IMG/VR virus record: IMGVR_UViG_3300035445_000156
Location: 1 to 64,000 of that record
Direction: 5' to 3' (one strand)
Source of the DNA: an uncultured virus (IMG/VR IMGVR_UViG_3300035445_000156)
Lineage: Duplodnaviria > Heunggongvirae > Uroviricota > Caudoviricetes
Length of the DNA stretch: 64,000 bases
Numbering within the stretch: the first letter of the stretch is position 1; every line of letters begins with the position of its first letter. Positions 37,498 to 46,816 of this stretch are shown here, piece by piece. The notes below the pieces were generated by a model that worked only from the letters and a program-made list of their open reading frames with translations, was not told the origin of the DNA and ran no database searches. A program made the translations under genes and the position numbers.

Positions 37498-38702
37498 GGG
37501 GGCGGGCGATGCGGGTGGCGAGGACGCCGCTCGCCGAGCGCGCGGCCGAGGGGCGCGACCGGCTCTCCGCGATGGGGGCGGTCGCGTCTCGCTTCGAGGG
37601 CTGGCGGCCGGCGGGCGAGGTGCTGCTCAAGGCGCGGGGCGTGCCCACGATCTTCCCGTGGGTCGACCGGGTGACGCGCGTGCTCGGCTGGCCGACGGAC
37701 CGGCCCGGCCTGATCCACGGCCCGTCTAACCACGGGAAGACGGAATTTGTCTTGGGTCTCGGCGCGAGCTTCCTCGCGCGCGACCACTTCTTCGCGCTGG
37801 TCGACGCCGAGTACACGACGCCGATCGACTGGGTCGAGGAGCTGGTCGGGCCGGAGCTCGTCCGGCACCCGGGCTTCTGCGCGCTCCGGCCGCGGACCTA
37901 CGAGCAGACGGTCGACGCCGTGAGGCGCTGGGCCGAGACGATCGGCGAGGCGAAGGCGAGGGGCGAGGTCCCCCCGGACACGACCGGGCTCGTCGCGGTC
38001 GACTCGATCCGCAAGCTCGTCCCGAAGCGGCTCATGCAGACCCTGCTGAAGGAGGGCGCGGACGGCGAGGAGAAGTCCGGCGCGCGGAAGAAGCCGGGCG
38101 GGATCGACGGGATGGGCGGGCGAGCGGCGATGTACAAGGCCGCGCTCAACTCGCAGTGGATGGACGAGCTCGTCCCGCTCATGGCGCACACGGGGACGGC
38201 GATCGCGATCATCACGCGCGAGTACGAGAACGACGAGAGCGACTTCTTCTCGGAGGACTTCAAGCTGGCCGGCGGGAAGAGCCTCTTCTTCGACAGCTCG
38301 ATCGTGTCGCGCGTCCTGCTCGAGGGGCAGGTGTGGGAGGGGGAGGGGAAGGACAGGCGCACGCTCGGCGAGCGTCACCGGGTCGAGATCCGGAAGACGA
38401 AGGTCGGCGGCAAGGAGGAGAAGGTCCCGAAGGCGTGGTTCCACACGAGCAACGGCGCCGACTCTCCCGCCGGCTTCGATCGCGCCCGAGATCTCCTGGA
38501 CGTCGCGCTCGACCTCGGGGTAGTCGAGCTGCGCGGCTCCTATTACTCGCTCGCCGGCGAGCGAGTCGGGCAGGGCGCGGGCGCAGTACTGAAGAATCTC
38601 AGGACGGCGCGCCTGGCGTCGTCGCTCCGCGGGGCGGTCGACGACGCCATCCGGTCGGAGACCGCGGCGTACCGCGCGCCGAAGGACCCGAACGGTGTTT
38701 GA
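37494..38702 (+). CDS. recA: RecA/UvsX-like recombinase
   Basis: GPSNHGKT; VDAE; VAVDSI; 'AGGKSLFFDSS'; KTKVG. Confidence 0.9.
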   Translation: MRGRAMRVARTPLAERAAEGRDRLSAMGAVASRFEGWRPAGEVLLKARGVPTIFPWVDRVTRVLGWPTDRPGLIHGPSNHGKTEFVLGLGASFLARDHFFALVDAEYTTPIDWVEELVGPELVRHPGFCALRPRTYEQTVDAVRRWAETIGEAKARGEVPPDTTGLVAVDSIRKLVPKRLMQTLLKEGADGEEKSGARKKPGGIDGMGGRAAMYKAALNSQWMDELVPLMAHTGTAIAIITREYENDESDFFSEDFKLAGGKSLFFDSSIVSRVLLEGQVWEGEGKDRRTLGERHRVEIRKTKVGGKEEKVPKAWFHTSNGADSPAGFDRARDLLDVALDLGVVELRGSYYSLAGERVGQGAGAVLKNLRTARLASSLRGAVDDAIRSETAAYRAPKDPNGV

Positions 38703-38976
38703 GGACCTCGCCCGCAAGGCGCTAGCGCGCCGGGCGGCGGGCGTGGTCGCTGAGATCGCGCGCGTGACGGAGGAGACGACCGCGGAGCGGAAGGAGGTGC
38801 TCGCCGTCGCGCTGAGCACGTGCTGGTTCCCGCTGCTCGCCTTCTCTCGCTCCGAGGGGACGTGCGGCCGCTGCGCGTGGTGTTCCTCGCCGGAGGCGCC
38901 GCGCCGCCGCGAGCGGGTGGCGGAGGCCCTCGTCAGCCGGTACGAGCAGCTCCGGGCGGCATCATCCGGCTCGTGA
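38695..38976 (+). CDS. Hypothetical Cys-rich protein
   Basis: Overlapping operon packing; CGRCAWC. Confidence 0.55.
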   Translation: MFEDLARKALARRAAGVVAEIARVTEETTAERKEVLAVALSTCWFPLLAFSRSEGTCGRCAWCSSPEAPRRRERVAEALVSRYEQLRAASSGS

Positions 38977-39716
38977 GGATCGTCTTCGCGAGCGACTTCC
39001 ACCTCGACGCCTCGACGGCGGGGCTCGACCGGTTCGACGACGTGTCGTCCGCGATGCGCTCCACCGCGGACGAGGCGGTCCGGCTCGGGGCGGACATGTA
39101 CGTCTTCCTGGGCGATCTGTGCGACCCCGACTCGCCGACGTCGCACCGGTGCGCGGCGGAGCTAGCGGAGACCGCGTTCCGACTCGCCCGGGAGGGGGTC
39201 TCGTTCCGGGCGATCGCCGGCAACCACGACGTCATCGACGACGGGCACGGGACGAGCACGCTCTCCGCGATCGCGGGGGCCGCGCTCGGTTTGGCCTCGG
39301 ACGACCACGGGCCCGACGTGCGGGTCTACGAGCGCCCCTCGTCCGAGACGACGTGGCCGGAGTTCGGCGTCCTCTTCCTCTGGCTCCCGTACGTGTCGCG
39401 CGCGCTGCACTACGACCCGGGGGAGTTCGTCGCGGCGGTCCCGGTCCTCGGGAGCCCGCGCGCGGTCGTCGCCTGCGGGCACCTGACGGTGCCGGAGGCG
39501 GAGCGCGGGAGCGAGTCGGACGACTTCGCGCGCGGCCGCGACGTCATCTTCCCGGCCGCGGCGCTCCGGGAGCGGTTCGGTTCGCGGGTCATCATGGTCA
39601 ACGGGCACTACCACCGGATGCAGGAGGCGGGCGGCGTCCGGATCCCGGGGAGCCTCGTCCGGCTCCGCTTCGACGAGGAGCGCAACGCGCCCGGCTTCCT
39701 CGTGCTGGAGGTCTGA
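38973..39716 (+). CDS. sbcD: SbcD/Mre11/gp47 nuclease (phosphoesterase domain)
   Basis: SDFH, GDLCD, GNHD, GHL, GHYH and PGSL...FDE motifs. Confidence 0.9.
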   Translation: MRIVFASDFHLDASTAGLDRFDDVSSAMRSTADEAVRLGADMYVFLGDLCDPDSPTSHRCAAELAETAFRLAREGVSFRAIAGNHDVIDDGHGTSTLSAIAGAALGLASDDHGPDVRVYERPSSETTWPEFGVLFLWLPYVSRALHYDPGEFVAAVPVLGSPRAVVACGHLTVPEAERGSESDDFARGRDVIFPAAALRERFGSRVIMVNGHYHRMQEAGGVRIPGSLVRLRFDEERNAPGFLVLEV

Positions 39717-40093
39717 TGCGCGTCCGTGAATTGTCGGAGCAGCAGCGGGGCGAGTTGGCGAAGTTGTCGGAGCAGCACTACCGACTCGGTGAGGCCGGCC
39801 TGCGCTCGTTCTCCGGTGCTGACCAGGCCGACAGCGAGTATTGGTTCGGCCAGGCGCGCGTCTACGGCGCGGTGCTCTCCGGCGTCCCGCTCGAGGACGC
39901 GCTCGCGGGGGAGGACGCACGGTGGAGGGCCTACGCGGCGGAGCAGCAGGCGAAGGTGAGCGCGGCGCCGAAGATCAGGCGCGGGCCGAGCGAGGGCCAC
40001 TCTTCGATCGCTCACCGCTGGGTGAGCGCGGAGAAGTTCTCGGGCGCTTTCACGCACCTCCGGTTCATGATCCGGCGGATCTTGGAGTCCTGA
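39716..40093 (+). CDS. Hypothetical protein flanked by a 16-bp direct repeat
   Basis: TGATG coupling at both ends; repeat CTGATGCGCGTCCGTG. Confidence 0.7.
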   Translation: MRVRELSEQQRGELAKLSEQHYRLGEAGLRSFSGADQADSEYWFGQARVYGAVLSGVPLEDALAGEDARWRAYAAEQQAKVSAAPKIRRGPSEGHSSIAHRWVSAEKFSGAFTHLRFMIRRILES

Positions 40094-40491
40094 TGCGCGT
40101 CCGTGTCGAAAAGACCTTGACGCCGACGTTCTCGGAGAGGCGGGTCGACTCGCGTTCCCTCGTCACGGTCGACGCGGGGAGCCCGCTCTGGTACTCGCCC
40201 GGGACTCCGGCGATCGAGGCGGGAGCGATCTTTCGACTGATCCCGCCGCCCGCGTGTTCGGACGCGGAGGTAGAGGCGCTCGCGGCTCGGCTGAGGGAGG
40301 CCGGCGCGGCGCGAGTGAAGGTCGTCCGGCGGCGGCGCGAGACGGTCGTCGTCTCGCAGGAGAGGCGGGAGCGGACCCCGAAGGCGACCGCGCGCGAGGT
40401 CGTCATGCGGATGGCGGCGGAGATGCGGACCGCCGACCGATCGGCGCTCGTCTCGCGGCTTGAATCGCGACTGTCCGAGCAGGGGCTCTGA
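40093..40491 (+). CDS. Probable separate SbcD C-terminal (capping) domain
   Basis: Beta/alpha pattern 'AIFRLI...LREAGAARVKVV' plus terminal helices; context. Confidence 0.5.
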   Translation: MRVRVEKTLTPTFSERRVDSRSLVTVDAGSPLWYSPGTPAIEAGAIFRLIPPPACSDAEVEALAARLREAGAARVKVVRRRRETVVVSQERRERTPKATAREVVMRMAAEMRTADRSALVSRLESRLSEQGL

Positions 40492-40505
40492 CGCATGATC
40501 CGCGC

Positions 40506-40937
40506 ATGCGGTTTCCATTTTCTTTGAGGTGGTCCGTCAAGGACGGGAAGTCGGACCTCGACAACCGGATCCCGGACAAACCGGCGGGCAGGCGCGTCTT
40601 CGAGACGCGGACGAAGAACATCGACGGGTTCCCCCTGCAGCGGATCGTCGCGGGGTTCCGGGGACCTCCCGGCGTGCGGCTCGACATATCCGCGTTCGTC
40701 TTCGTGAGCGAGACGAACGACGACCCCGTCGGGTGGTTCGAGGGGGGCAGGCACGAGCAGGTCCGACCGGGGACGTTCGTCTACTTCGACGTGCCGACGC
40801 TCCTCGACTCGCCCGGCGCGGGGCAGCCGGGGTCGGCCGGGACGACGTGCGTGATGTTCGTCGTCACCTCGCGCGGCGACTACGACGGAGACTACGTGCT
40901 CGTCGCCGGCTCGGACGCGAGCAACCCGGCATTCTGA
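40506..40937 (+). CDS. Hypothetical protein
   Basis: CATGAT box 6 nt upstream; codon bias. Confidence 0.7.
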   Translation: MRFPFSLRWSVKDGKSDLDNRIPDKPAGRRVFETRTKNIDGFPLQRIVAGFRGPPGVRLDISAFVFVSETNDDPVGWFEGGRHEQVRPGTFVYFDVPTLLDSPGAGQPGSAGTTCVMFVVTSRGDYDGDYVLVAGSDASNPAF

Positions 40938-40941
40938 GCGC

Positions 40942-42882
40942 GTGCGAGTCGCCCGGATCACGCTGCGCAACTGGCTCACGTTCCGCGGGACGCACTCGGT
41001 CGACCTCGGCCCGGGGGTCTACGGGGTCGTCGCGCGGCTCGAGGCGGACGCGGGCCGGAGCAACTGGCTCGGCAAGTCGTCCTTCCTCGCCGCGACCCGG
41101 TTTGCGCTCTACGGCTCGTTCAAGCACCTCGGGTGCGAGCGGGAGGGCGACTGGATCTCGCGCGGGGAGGCGGAGGGCGGCGTCCGGGTCGAGCTCGACG
41201 ACGGGACGGTCGTGGACCGCAGGCGGGGCAGGGGCGCGACGGAGCTGTCGTGCCGGGTCGCGGGCGTGACGAGCAAGGGCGACCGGGCGGCGGAGCTGCT
41301 CGTCCGGCACGTCGGCCTCGGGGAGGACGACTTCTGCACGGTCGCCTACTTCGAGCAGAAGCGGCTCGCGCGGCTCGTCTCGCAGGCGATGCGCCCCGGC
41401 GAGCGGCAGGAGATCGTCTCGGAGTGGCTCGCGCTCGGCCCGCTGCGGCTCGCGGCGGAGCGGGAGGGCAAGGCGCTCGCGGCGCTCCGGGCGCGGGAGG
41501 AGAAGCTCGTCGCCTCGCGGGAGACGCTCGCGCGGTTCGCCGGGGGACATGGGCCTACGGAGGAGGAAGTCGCGCGGGCGAGGGGGGAGGCGGCGGCCGC
41601 GGGGAAGCGGGTCGAGTCCCTCGCGGCGGCGCACGTCGACGCGCTTCGGCGAGAGGCCGAAGCGGAGGCGGCGGCGGAGGACGACAGGACGCGCGCGTAC
41701 CTGCGGGAGGAGANCGCGCGGCGGGAGAAGGAGGACGCGGCGGGGGAACTGCGGGTCATCGCGGGGGTGCTGCCGGTCGTGCGGGAGCGGGCGCGCGAGG
41801 CGGCCGGCGCGGCGAAGCTCGCCGCGGCCGAGACGACGACGCGGCGGCGGGTCGCGAGCGGGAAGTTCGACGGGATGTGCCCGATCGCCACGCNCGCGTG
41901 CCCGGCGGTGGTGCAGATCAACGCGGACCGCGACGCGAACGCGGCGGCGCTCGCGGCCGCGGAGAAGCGGGAGAAGGCGGCGGCGAGGGAGGACGAGCGC
42001 TCCTCGCGCGAGCTGCGGGAGGTCGAGGCGAGGGACAGGGAGGCGCGGGAGCGCGCGACCCGGCTCGCGTCGATGCGGGAGCGGCTCGCCTCGATGGACG
42101 AGGCGGCGGCCCGAAGAGATAACACCGGTGTTATCTCCGAGGCGTCGAGCGCGATCTCCGAGCGACTGAGCGAGGCGCGGCGCGCGGACCGCGAGGTGGC
42201 GGCGCGGGCGGGCGAGCTGGCGCGGGAGAGGGAGGCGGCGCTGCGGGTCGAGCGGGAGCTCGCGGGGATCGACGCGGAGCTCGCGCGGGTCCGGGCGGAG
42301 GCGGCGACGAGCCGGGAGGCGCTGGCGGTCCTCGGGCGGCACGGGGCGCAGCGGCGGCTCGCGCGCGACGCGCTCGGGCGGGTACAGGAGCGGGCGAACG
42401 AGCGGCTCGCGCGGGCGGAGATCGGCCTCTCCCTNTCGTTCGAGTGGGGCCGGGAGACGGCGCAGCCCGCGGCCGAGTGCGACGCGTGCGGCCTCCCGTT
42501 CCCCGCGAGCGCCAAGGTGAAGGAGTGCGCGTGCGGTGCCGAGCGCGGCAGGCGGGTCGAGGACGGCCTGTGGGTCCGGTTATCGGACCGGTCAGGCGCG
42601 GCGGAGGACCTCGCCGGCTTCGAGCTCGGGGTCGCGGCGGGCGAGTGGCTCCGGGAGGAGCGGGGCGCGGCGTGGGGGACGCTCTTCGCGGACGAGCCGT
42701 TCGGCGCGCTCGACGCGAGCCACCGGCGGGCGCTCGCGGGGAGTCTCGGCCGGCTGCTCTCGCGCGAGCACGGGGGCTACGAGCAGGCGCTCGTCGTCGC
42801 GCACCACCCGGGACTGATGGACGGGCTCCCCGGGCTCGTGCGCATCGTGAGCGACGGGCGGAGCAGCCGGTTTGAAGCTTGA
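40942..42882 (+). CDS. sbcC: SbcC/Rad50/gp46 SMC-like ATPase
   Basis: SNWLGKSS; coiled coils; central 'CPI' hook-like motif; RSGA signature; FADEPFGALD; H-loop. Confidence 0.9.
   Translation: MRVARITLRNWLTFRGTHSVDLGPGVYGVVARLEADAGRSNWLGKSSFLAATRFALYGSFKHLGCEREGDWISRGEAEGGVRVELDDGTVVDRRRGRGATELSCRVAGVTSKGDRAAELLVRHVGLGEDDFCTVAYFEQKRLARLVSQAMRPGERQEIVSEWLALGPLRLAAEREGKALAALRAREEKLVASRETLARFAGGHGPTEEEVARARGEAAAAGKRVESLAAAHVDALRREAEAEAAAEDDRTRAYLREEXARREKEDAAGELRVIAGVLPVVRERAREAAGAAKLAAAETTTRRRVASGKFDGMCPIATXACPAVVQINADRDANAAALAAAEKREKAAAREDERSSRELREVEARDREARERATRLASMRERLASMDEAAARRDNTGVISEASSAISERLSEARRADREVAARAGELAREREAALRVERELAGIDAELARVRAEAATSREALAVLGRHGAQRRLARDALGRVQERANERLARAEIGLSXSFEWGRETAQPAAECDACGLPFPASAKVKECACGAERGRRVEDGLWVRLSDRSGAAEDLAGFELGVAAGEWLREERGAAWGTLFADEPFGALDASHRRALAGSLGRLLSREHGGYEQALVVAHHPGLMDGLPGLVRIVSDGRSSRFEA
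42116..42137. repeat. 22-bp palindrome, copy 8 (in frame in the sbcC coiled coil)
   Basis: Exact match; reads RDNTGVISE. Confidence 0.97.
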
Positions 42883-42907
42883 CAGATAAGACAAGATGTC
42901 TTATCAA
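42879..42907 (+). promoter_or_regulatory. Promoter TTGACA-17-TATCAA with operator variant GATAAGACAAGATGTCTTATC
   Basis: Palindrome at 42885-42905 in the same register as the others. Confidence 0.75.
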
Positions 42908-42913
42908 TGACTC

Positions 42914-43405
42914 ATGAAGAAGGTCTCACTCAAGGACGCGCGCGCTTCTCTCCTCTCGGTCCTCGCCCGCCGTGCGGAGGAGCAGGCGCGCTGGTCGCAC
43001 CCCTTCCGCCGCGTGTCGTGGAGGACGATCGAGGCGGGGCTCTTCGTCGTTCGGGCGCGGGAGAGGCGGCTCGCCGCGAGGCGGGTGACGGGCGCGGCGC
43101 CGGCCTGGATGCTCGACCTGGCGTTGGCGGCGGGTCTCGGACGCGGGGTATCTCGCCCGATGCTCCGCGGGGCGCGGGGGCGACTGCGGCGGCTCCTCTC
43201 GGTCGCGCGTCACCTGCACGAGTGGGGCGGCGGGCTCCGGTTCGGGGAGCTGCTCGCCCTGACGGGCATGGGAGAGCGGGAGCTGCACGGGACGCTCGCG
43301 TGGGCGAGCCGGCAGGGCGTGCTCGTCGACTGCGGCGAGAGCGGCTGGTTCTTCGGCCCGTGGCGCGAGGAGTCGGTCGAGATCGAGCGCCTCGCGCGCG
43401 CATGA
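42914..43405 (+). CDS. Hypothetical Arg-rich protein, possible wHTH C-terminus
   Basis: ORF directly after the promoter. Confidence 0.6.
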   Translation: MKKVSLKDARASLLSVLARRAEEQARWSHPFRRVSWRTIEAGLFVVRARERRLAARRVTGAAPAWMLDLALAAGLGRGVSRPMLRGARGRLRRLLSVARHLHEWGGGLRFGELLALTGMGERELHGTLAWASRQGVLVDCGESGWFFGPWREESVEIERLARA

Positions 43406-43638
43406 TCCCCCGCGTGAACCACGAACTGAGACTCGTGTGGCGGGATCGCGAGGACACGCGTCGCGTCTACGAGTGCGCGGGGTGCGGTCGCCGCCTGCGA
43501 GTCGTCGCGCCCGTCGTTTTCCCGGACTACGAGGCGCGGTACGAGAAGCTCCTGGGCGAGGCGGCGGCGGAGCCGTGTCCCGGCAGGGCCCCGCCGGTAG
43601 GCACGGACGACGGGGCCGCCTGCGACCGGGCGGCGTGA
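43402..43638 (+). CDS. Small Zn-ribbon protein
   Basis: YECAGCG; overlapping stop/start codons. Confidence 0.55.
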   Translation: MIPRVNHELRLVWRDREDTRRVYECAGCGRRLRVVAPVVFPDYEARYEKLLGEAAAEPCPGRAPPVGTDDGAACDRAA

Positions 43639-44159
43639 GGGTCCGCCCCCCGCGGCTCGTGCTCGGGCTCGACGTCGCGCTGCGCACGTTCGGCTGGGCG
43701 CTCGCGCGCGTTGCCGGGTCGGGGATCGAGCCGGTCGCGATGGGGCTGATCGCGACCGAGGCGGGCGATGGGGCGAGGAGCGCGGACAACTTCCGGTGCG
43801 CGGGCGAGCTCGCCGTCGCGCTGGCCGGCGTGCTCCGCCGGTCGGCGGAGCCCGTGTCGCTCGTCTGCGCGGAGGCGATGAGCTACCCGCCCGGCGCGGT
43901 GGCGGCCGCGCAGATCTCGATCGCGTGGGGCGTCGTCGCGGCGGTGACCTACGGGGTCGAGGTCCGGGAGGCGAGCCCGCAGCGGATCAAGCGGGCGGTG
44001 GCCGGCGCGGCGGACGCGAGCAAGCGGGACGTGCAGGACGCGCTCGACGTTCGGTTCGGCCCGGACCGGATGCGCGAGCACCTCGCGCACCTGAAGCGCG
44101 GTTCGTGGGAGCACCCGTGCGACGCGCTCGCGGCGATCGTCGCGCTTGCGCCCGCATGA
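43635..44159 (+). CDS. ruvC: RuvC-like Holliday junction resolvase
   Basis: VLGLD...FGWA; CAE; 'PQRIKRAVAG...ASKRDV'; 'DALAAI'. Confidence 0.9.
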   Translation: MRVRPPRLVLGLDVALRTFGWALARVAGSGIEPVAMGLIATEAGDGARSADNFRCAGELAVALAGVLRRSAEPVSLVCAEAMSYPPGAVAAAQISIAWGVVAAVTYGVEVREASPQRIKRAVAGAADASKRDVQDALDVRFGPDRMREHLAHLKRGSWEHPCDALAAIVALAPA

Positions 44160-44169
44160 TCTCCGTGCC

Positions 44170-44391
44170 ATGAGACGGCGCGTGAGGGCAGAGAAGAGGG
44201 AGCTCCGAGCGCCGCCGCACAAGCCGGTCGTGTGGCTCGTGAGGCGGCGGGACAGCGGGCGCGGGGCGCACGTCGTCGCGCAGACGGCCTACTTCGCGCT
44301 GCAGCAGGGCGCGGTCGTCCTGAAGGACTCGGCCGCCGCCCCGTGCCTCGACCTCGACCGGATGACGGCGACCGTGTGCGACGCGGCGTGA
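44170..44391 (+). CDS. Hypothetical protein
   Basis: Gap-filling ORF. Confidence 0.5.
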   Translation: MRRRVRAEKRELRAPPHKPVVWLVRRRDSGRGAHVVAQTAYFALQQGAVVLKDSAAAPCLDLDRMTATVCDAA

Positions 44392-44406
44392 CAACATCGC
44401 GCCCCG

Positions 44407-45003
44407 ATGCGGAAGGGAAAACCGGAGGCGAAGGGGAGCGGGGCGGGGCGGACGGAGAGGACGGCGGACGGGCTGCGCGGGAGCGCGCCGAGGGTCCTGC
44501 CGCTCTCGACGGTGCGCAAGAACCCGTGGAACCCGAACGGGATCACGGCGGCCGAGCGCGAGCGGATCAAGCACGGCTTCGAGGTGGACGGCTGGATCGT
44601 CTCGCAGGCGCTGCTCGTGTGGGGCCTCGACGAGAAGGGCGCCCGGCGCAACCTGATCATCGACGGGGAGCAGCGGCACACCGTCGCGCTCGAGCTCGGG
44701 ATGGAGCGCGGGCCGATGGTCTTCCTCGACGGGATCACGGAGGCGCAGGCGAGGGCGTTCACGATCAAGCTGCTCGCGCGCCGGTCGGGCGGCGAGTCGG
44801 CCTTCGACGTCTCGAAGCTCGCGGCGACGATCCCGGCGATCCGGGCAGAGAGCGCGGGGGTCGACGTCGCCCTCGACCTCGGGCTCGACGCGGCGTTCTT
44901 CCGGCGCGTGACCGAGCCGCCGGTCCGGGAGGAGTCGCGCGGCAAGACGCGCGTCGCGGTGACGATCGAGTGCCCCCACTGCCACCAGCACTTCACGCGA
45001 TGA
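44407..45003 (+). CDS. ParB-like N-terminal domain protein 1 (C-terminal CPHC)
   Basis: KNPWNPN; IIDGEQR. Confidence 0.85.
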   Translation: MRKGKPEAKGSGAGRTERTADGLRGSAPRVLPLSTVRKNPWNPNGITAAERERIKHGFEVDGWIVSQALLVWGLDEKGARRNLIIDGEQRHTVALELGMERGPMVFLDGITEAQARAFTIKLLARRSGGESAFDVSKLAATIPAIRAESAGVDVALDLGLDAAFFRRVTEPPVREESRGKTRVAVTIECPHCHQHFTR

Positions 45004-45644
45004 GGCGCGCGGAGAAGAGACGACGAGATAACACCGGTGTTATCTCCGGGACAAACCGACTCGTCGGCACGGTGCCGGAGATCGTCCCGATCGCCGGCCT
45101 GAGCAAGAACCCGTGGAACCCGACCGCGATCACGGGGGAGGAGCGCGACAGGATCCGACACGGGTTCAAGACGGACGGGTGGCTCGTCGCGCAGGCGCTG
45201 CTCGTGTGGCGCGCGGACGAGCGGGGGCGGGTCAGGAACGTCATCATTGACGGGGAGCAGCGCTTCACCGTCGCGGACGAGTTGGGGATGACCGAGGGGC
45301 CCGTCTCGTTCCTCGACGGGATCACGGAGGCCGCGGCGCGTCGACTCACAGTGAAGCTCAACGCGAGGCGAGCGGGCGGCGGTTCGTTCGATCCCGCGAA
45401 GTTCGCGGCGAACGTCGTTTCGATCGGGGAGGTCGATCTCGGGGACGTCTCACACGCGCTCGACTTGGGACTCGACGATCGGGCGTTCGCCCGACTCACC
45501 GGCGCGGCGGAACGCGCGCCGGACCAGACCGAGCGCGCGCGGGTCGGGTTCGTCGTCCTCGTCGACTGCGACGACGAGACCCATCAGCTCGCTATTATCG
45601 AGGACCTGATGTCGAGGGGATACCGGTGCCGCGCGTTGACCTGA
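45000..45644 (+). CDS. ParB-like N-terminal domain protein 2 (paralog; contains palindrome copy 9)
   Basis: KNPWNPT; IIDGEQR; C-terminal 'VLVDCDDETHQ...GYRCR'. Confidence 0.85.
   Translation: MRRAEKRRRDNTGVISGTNRLVGTVPEIVPIAGLSKNPWNPTAITGEERDRIRHGFKTDGWLVAQALLVWRADERGRVRNVIIDGEQRFTVADELGMTEGPVSFLDGITEAAARRLTVKLNARRAGGGSFDPAKFAANVVSIGEVDLGDVSHALDLGLDDRAFARLTGAAERAPDQTERARVGFVVLVDCDDETHQLAIIEDLMSRGYRCRALT
45025..45046. repeat. 22-bp palindrome, copy 9 (in frame in parB-like gene 2)
   Basis: Exact match followed by CGGGACAAACC. Confidence 0.97.
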
Positions 45645-46816
45645 CGCTGGAGAACCCGGTCGAGCGGACGGCGCGAGTCGTCCAGCTCGAGGGGATGTTC
45701 GACGTGCCGGCGACTGAGCGCTCGCGGGTGTCGTTCTCGTTCGACGCGCCGTTCGACGAGCGACCGTGGAGTGTCGGGCTGATCGTCGGGCCGAGCGGCG
45801 CGGGCAAGACGAGCGTCGCTCGGCACCTGTTCGGCGACTGTCTCGTCTCCGGCTACGACTGGCACGAGACGAGGAGCATCGTCGATTCGTTTGAAGGGGG
45901 CATCCGCGACACGACCGCGGCGCTCTCGTCGGTCGGCTTCTCCAGCCCTCCCAATTGGCTGCGGCCGTTCCGGCTGCTCTCGTGCGGCGAGCAGTTCCGC
46001 GCGATGATGGCCCGCGCGCTCGTCGATCCGCGCCCTCGGATCTGCGTCGACGAGTTCACGAGTGTGGTCGACCGGACCGTCGCGCAGGTCGGCAGTCACG
46101 CGATCGCGAAGTCTGTCCGGAAGCGGGCCAAGCAGCTCGTCGCCGTGACGTGCCACTACGACGTCGAGGAGTGGCTGCAACCCGACTGGGTGATCGAGCC
46201 TCACCTGGGACGGTTTGCATGGAGGTCTCTTCGGCGACGACCGGACCTCGAGCTCGAGGTCGTTCGAGCCGAGTATTCGGCGTGGCGCTGGTTCGCTCCG
46301 TTTCACTATCTGAGCGCGGAGCTGCACAGGGCGGCGCGGTGCTTCGTCGGTCTTATCGCCGATCGACCGGTTGCGTTCGCGGCCTTCTTGCCGTTTCCTC
46401 ACCCCAAGTGCAGAGATATACGACATATCAGTCGTCTGGTCGTACACCCTGACTACCAGGGATTGGGTCTCGGAATTTTGATGGCTTCTTTGACGGCTGG
46501 TATCTGCAAGGCGCGCGGATTTCGAGTGATGATTGTAACTTCTCACCCTTCGCTGATCGCCGCGATGGCGAGATCGCCCGAGTGGGAGTTAACTCGACGT
46601 TCGAGCTTCTCCGCCCGACAAGGCAGAACGACGACGGTGCCCTGTTTAGTAAAGGACATAAGACGAACGGCGACCTTCTTGTTCGTGGGTTCAAGTGTCG
46701 ATTCCCGTCTTTGGGAATCAGAACCGCAGCAGACAGCCGGGCATCCCGCGCAGGGGGACGGGCGCGACGGGCGCGGCGCCGTCGAGACACCACGCGAAGA
46801 GCGTCCTGCCCCGTGA
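45626..46816 (+). CDS. ABC-type ATPase fused to a GNAT acetyltransferase
   Basis: GPSGAGKT; LSCGEQFR; VDEFTSVVDR; 'ISRLVVHPDYQGLGLG'. Confidence 0.9.
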   Translation: MPRVDLTLENPVERTARVVQLEGMFDVPATERSRVSFSFDAPFDERPWSVGLIVGPSGAGKTSVARHLFGDCLVSGYDWHETRSIVDSFEGGIRDTTAALSSVGFSSPPNWLRPFRLLSCGEQFRAMMARALVDPRPRICVDEFTSVVDRTVAQVGSHAIAKSVRKRAKQLVAVTCHYDVEEWLQPDWVIEPHLGRFAWRSLRRRPDLELEVVRAEYSAWRWFAPFHYLSAELHRAARCFVGLIADRPVAFAAFLPFPHPKCRDIRHISRLVVHPDYQGLGLGILMASLTAGICKARGFRVMIVTSHPSLIAAMARSPEWELTRRSSFSARQGRTTTVPCLVKDIRRTATFLFVGSSVDSRLWESEPQQTAGHPAQGDGRDGRGAVETPREERPAP

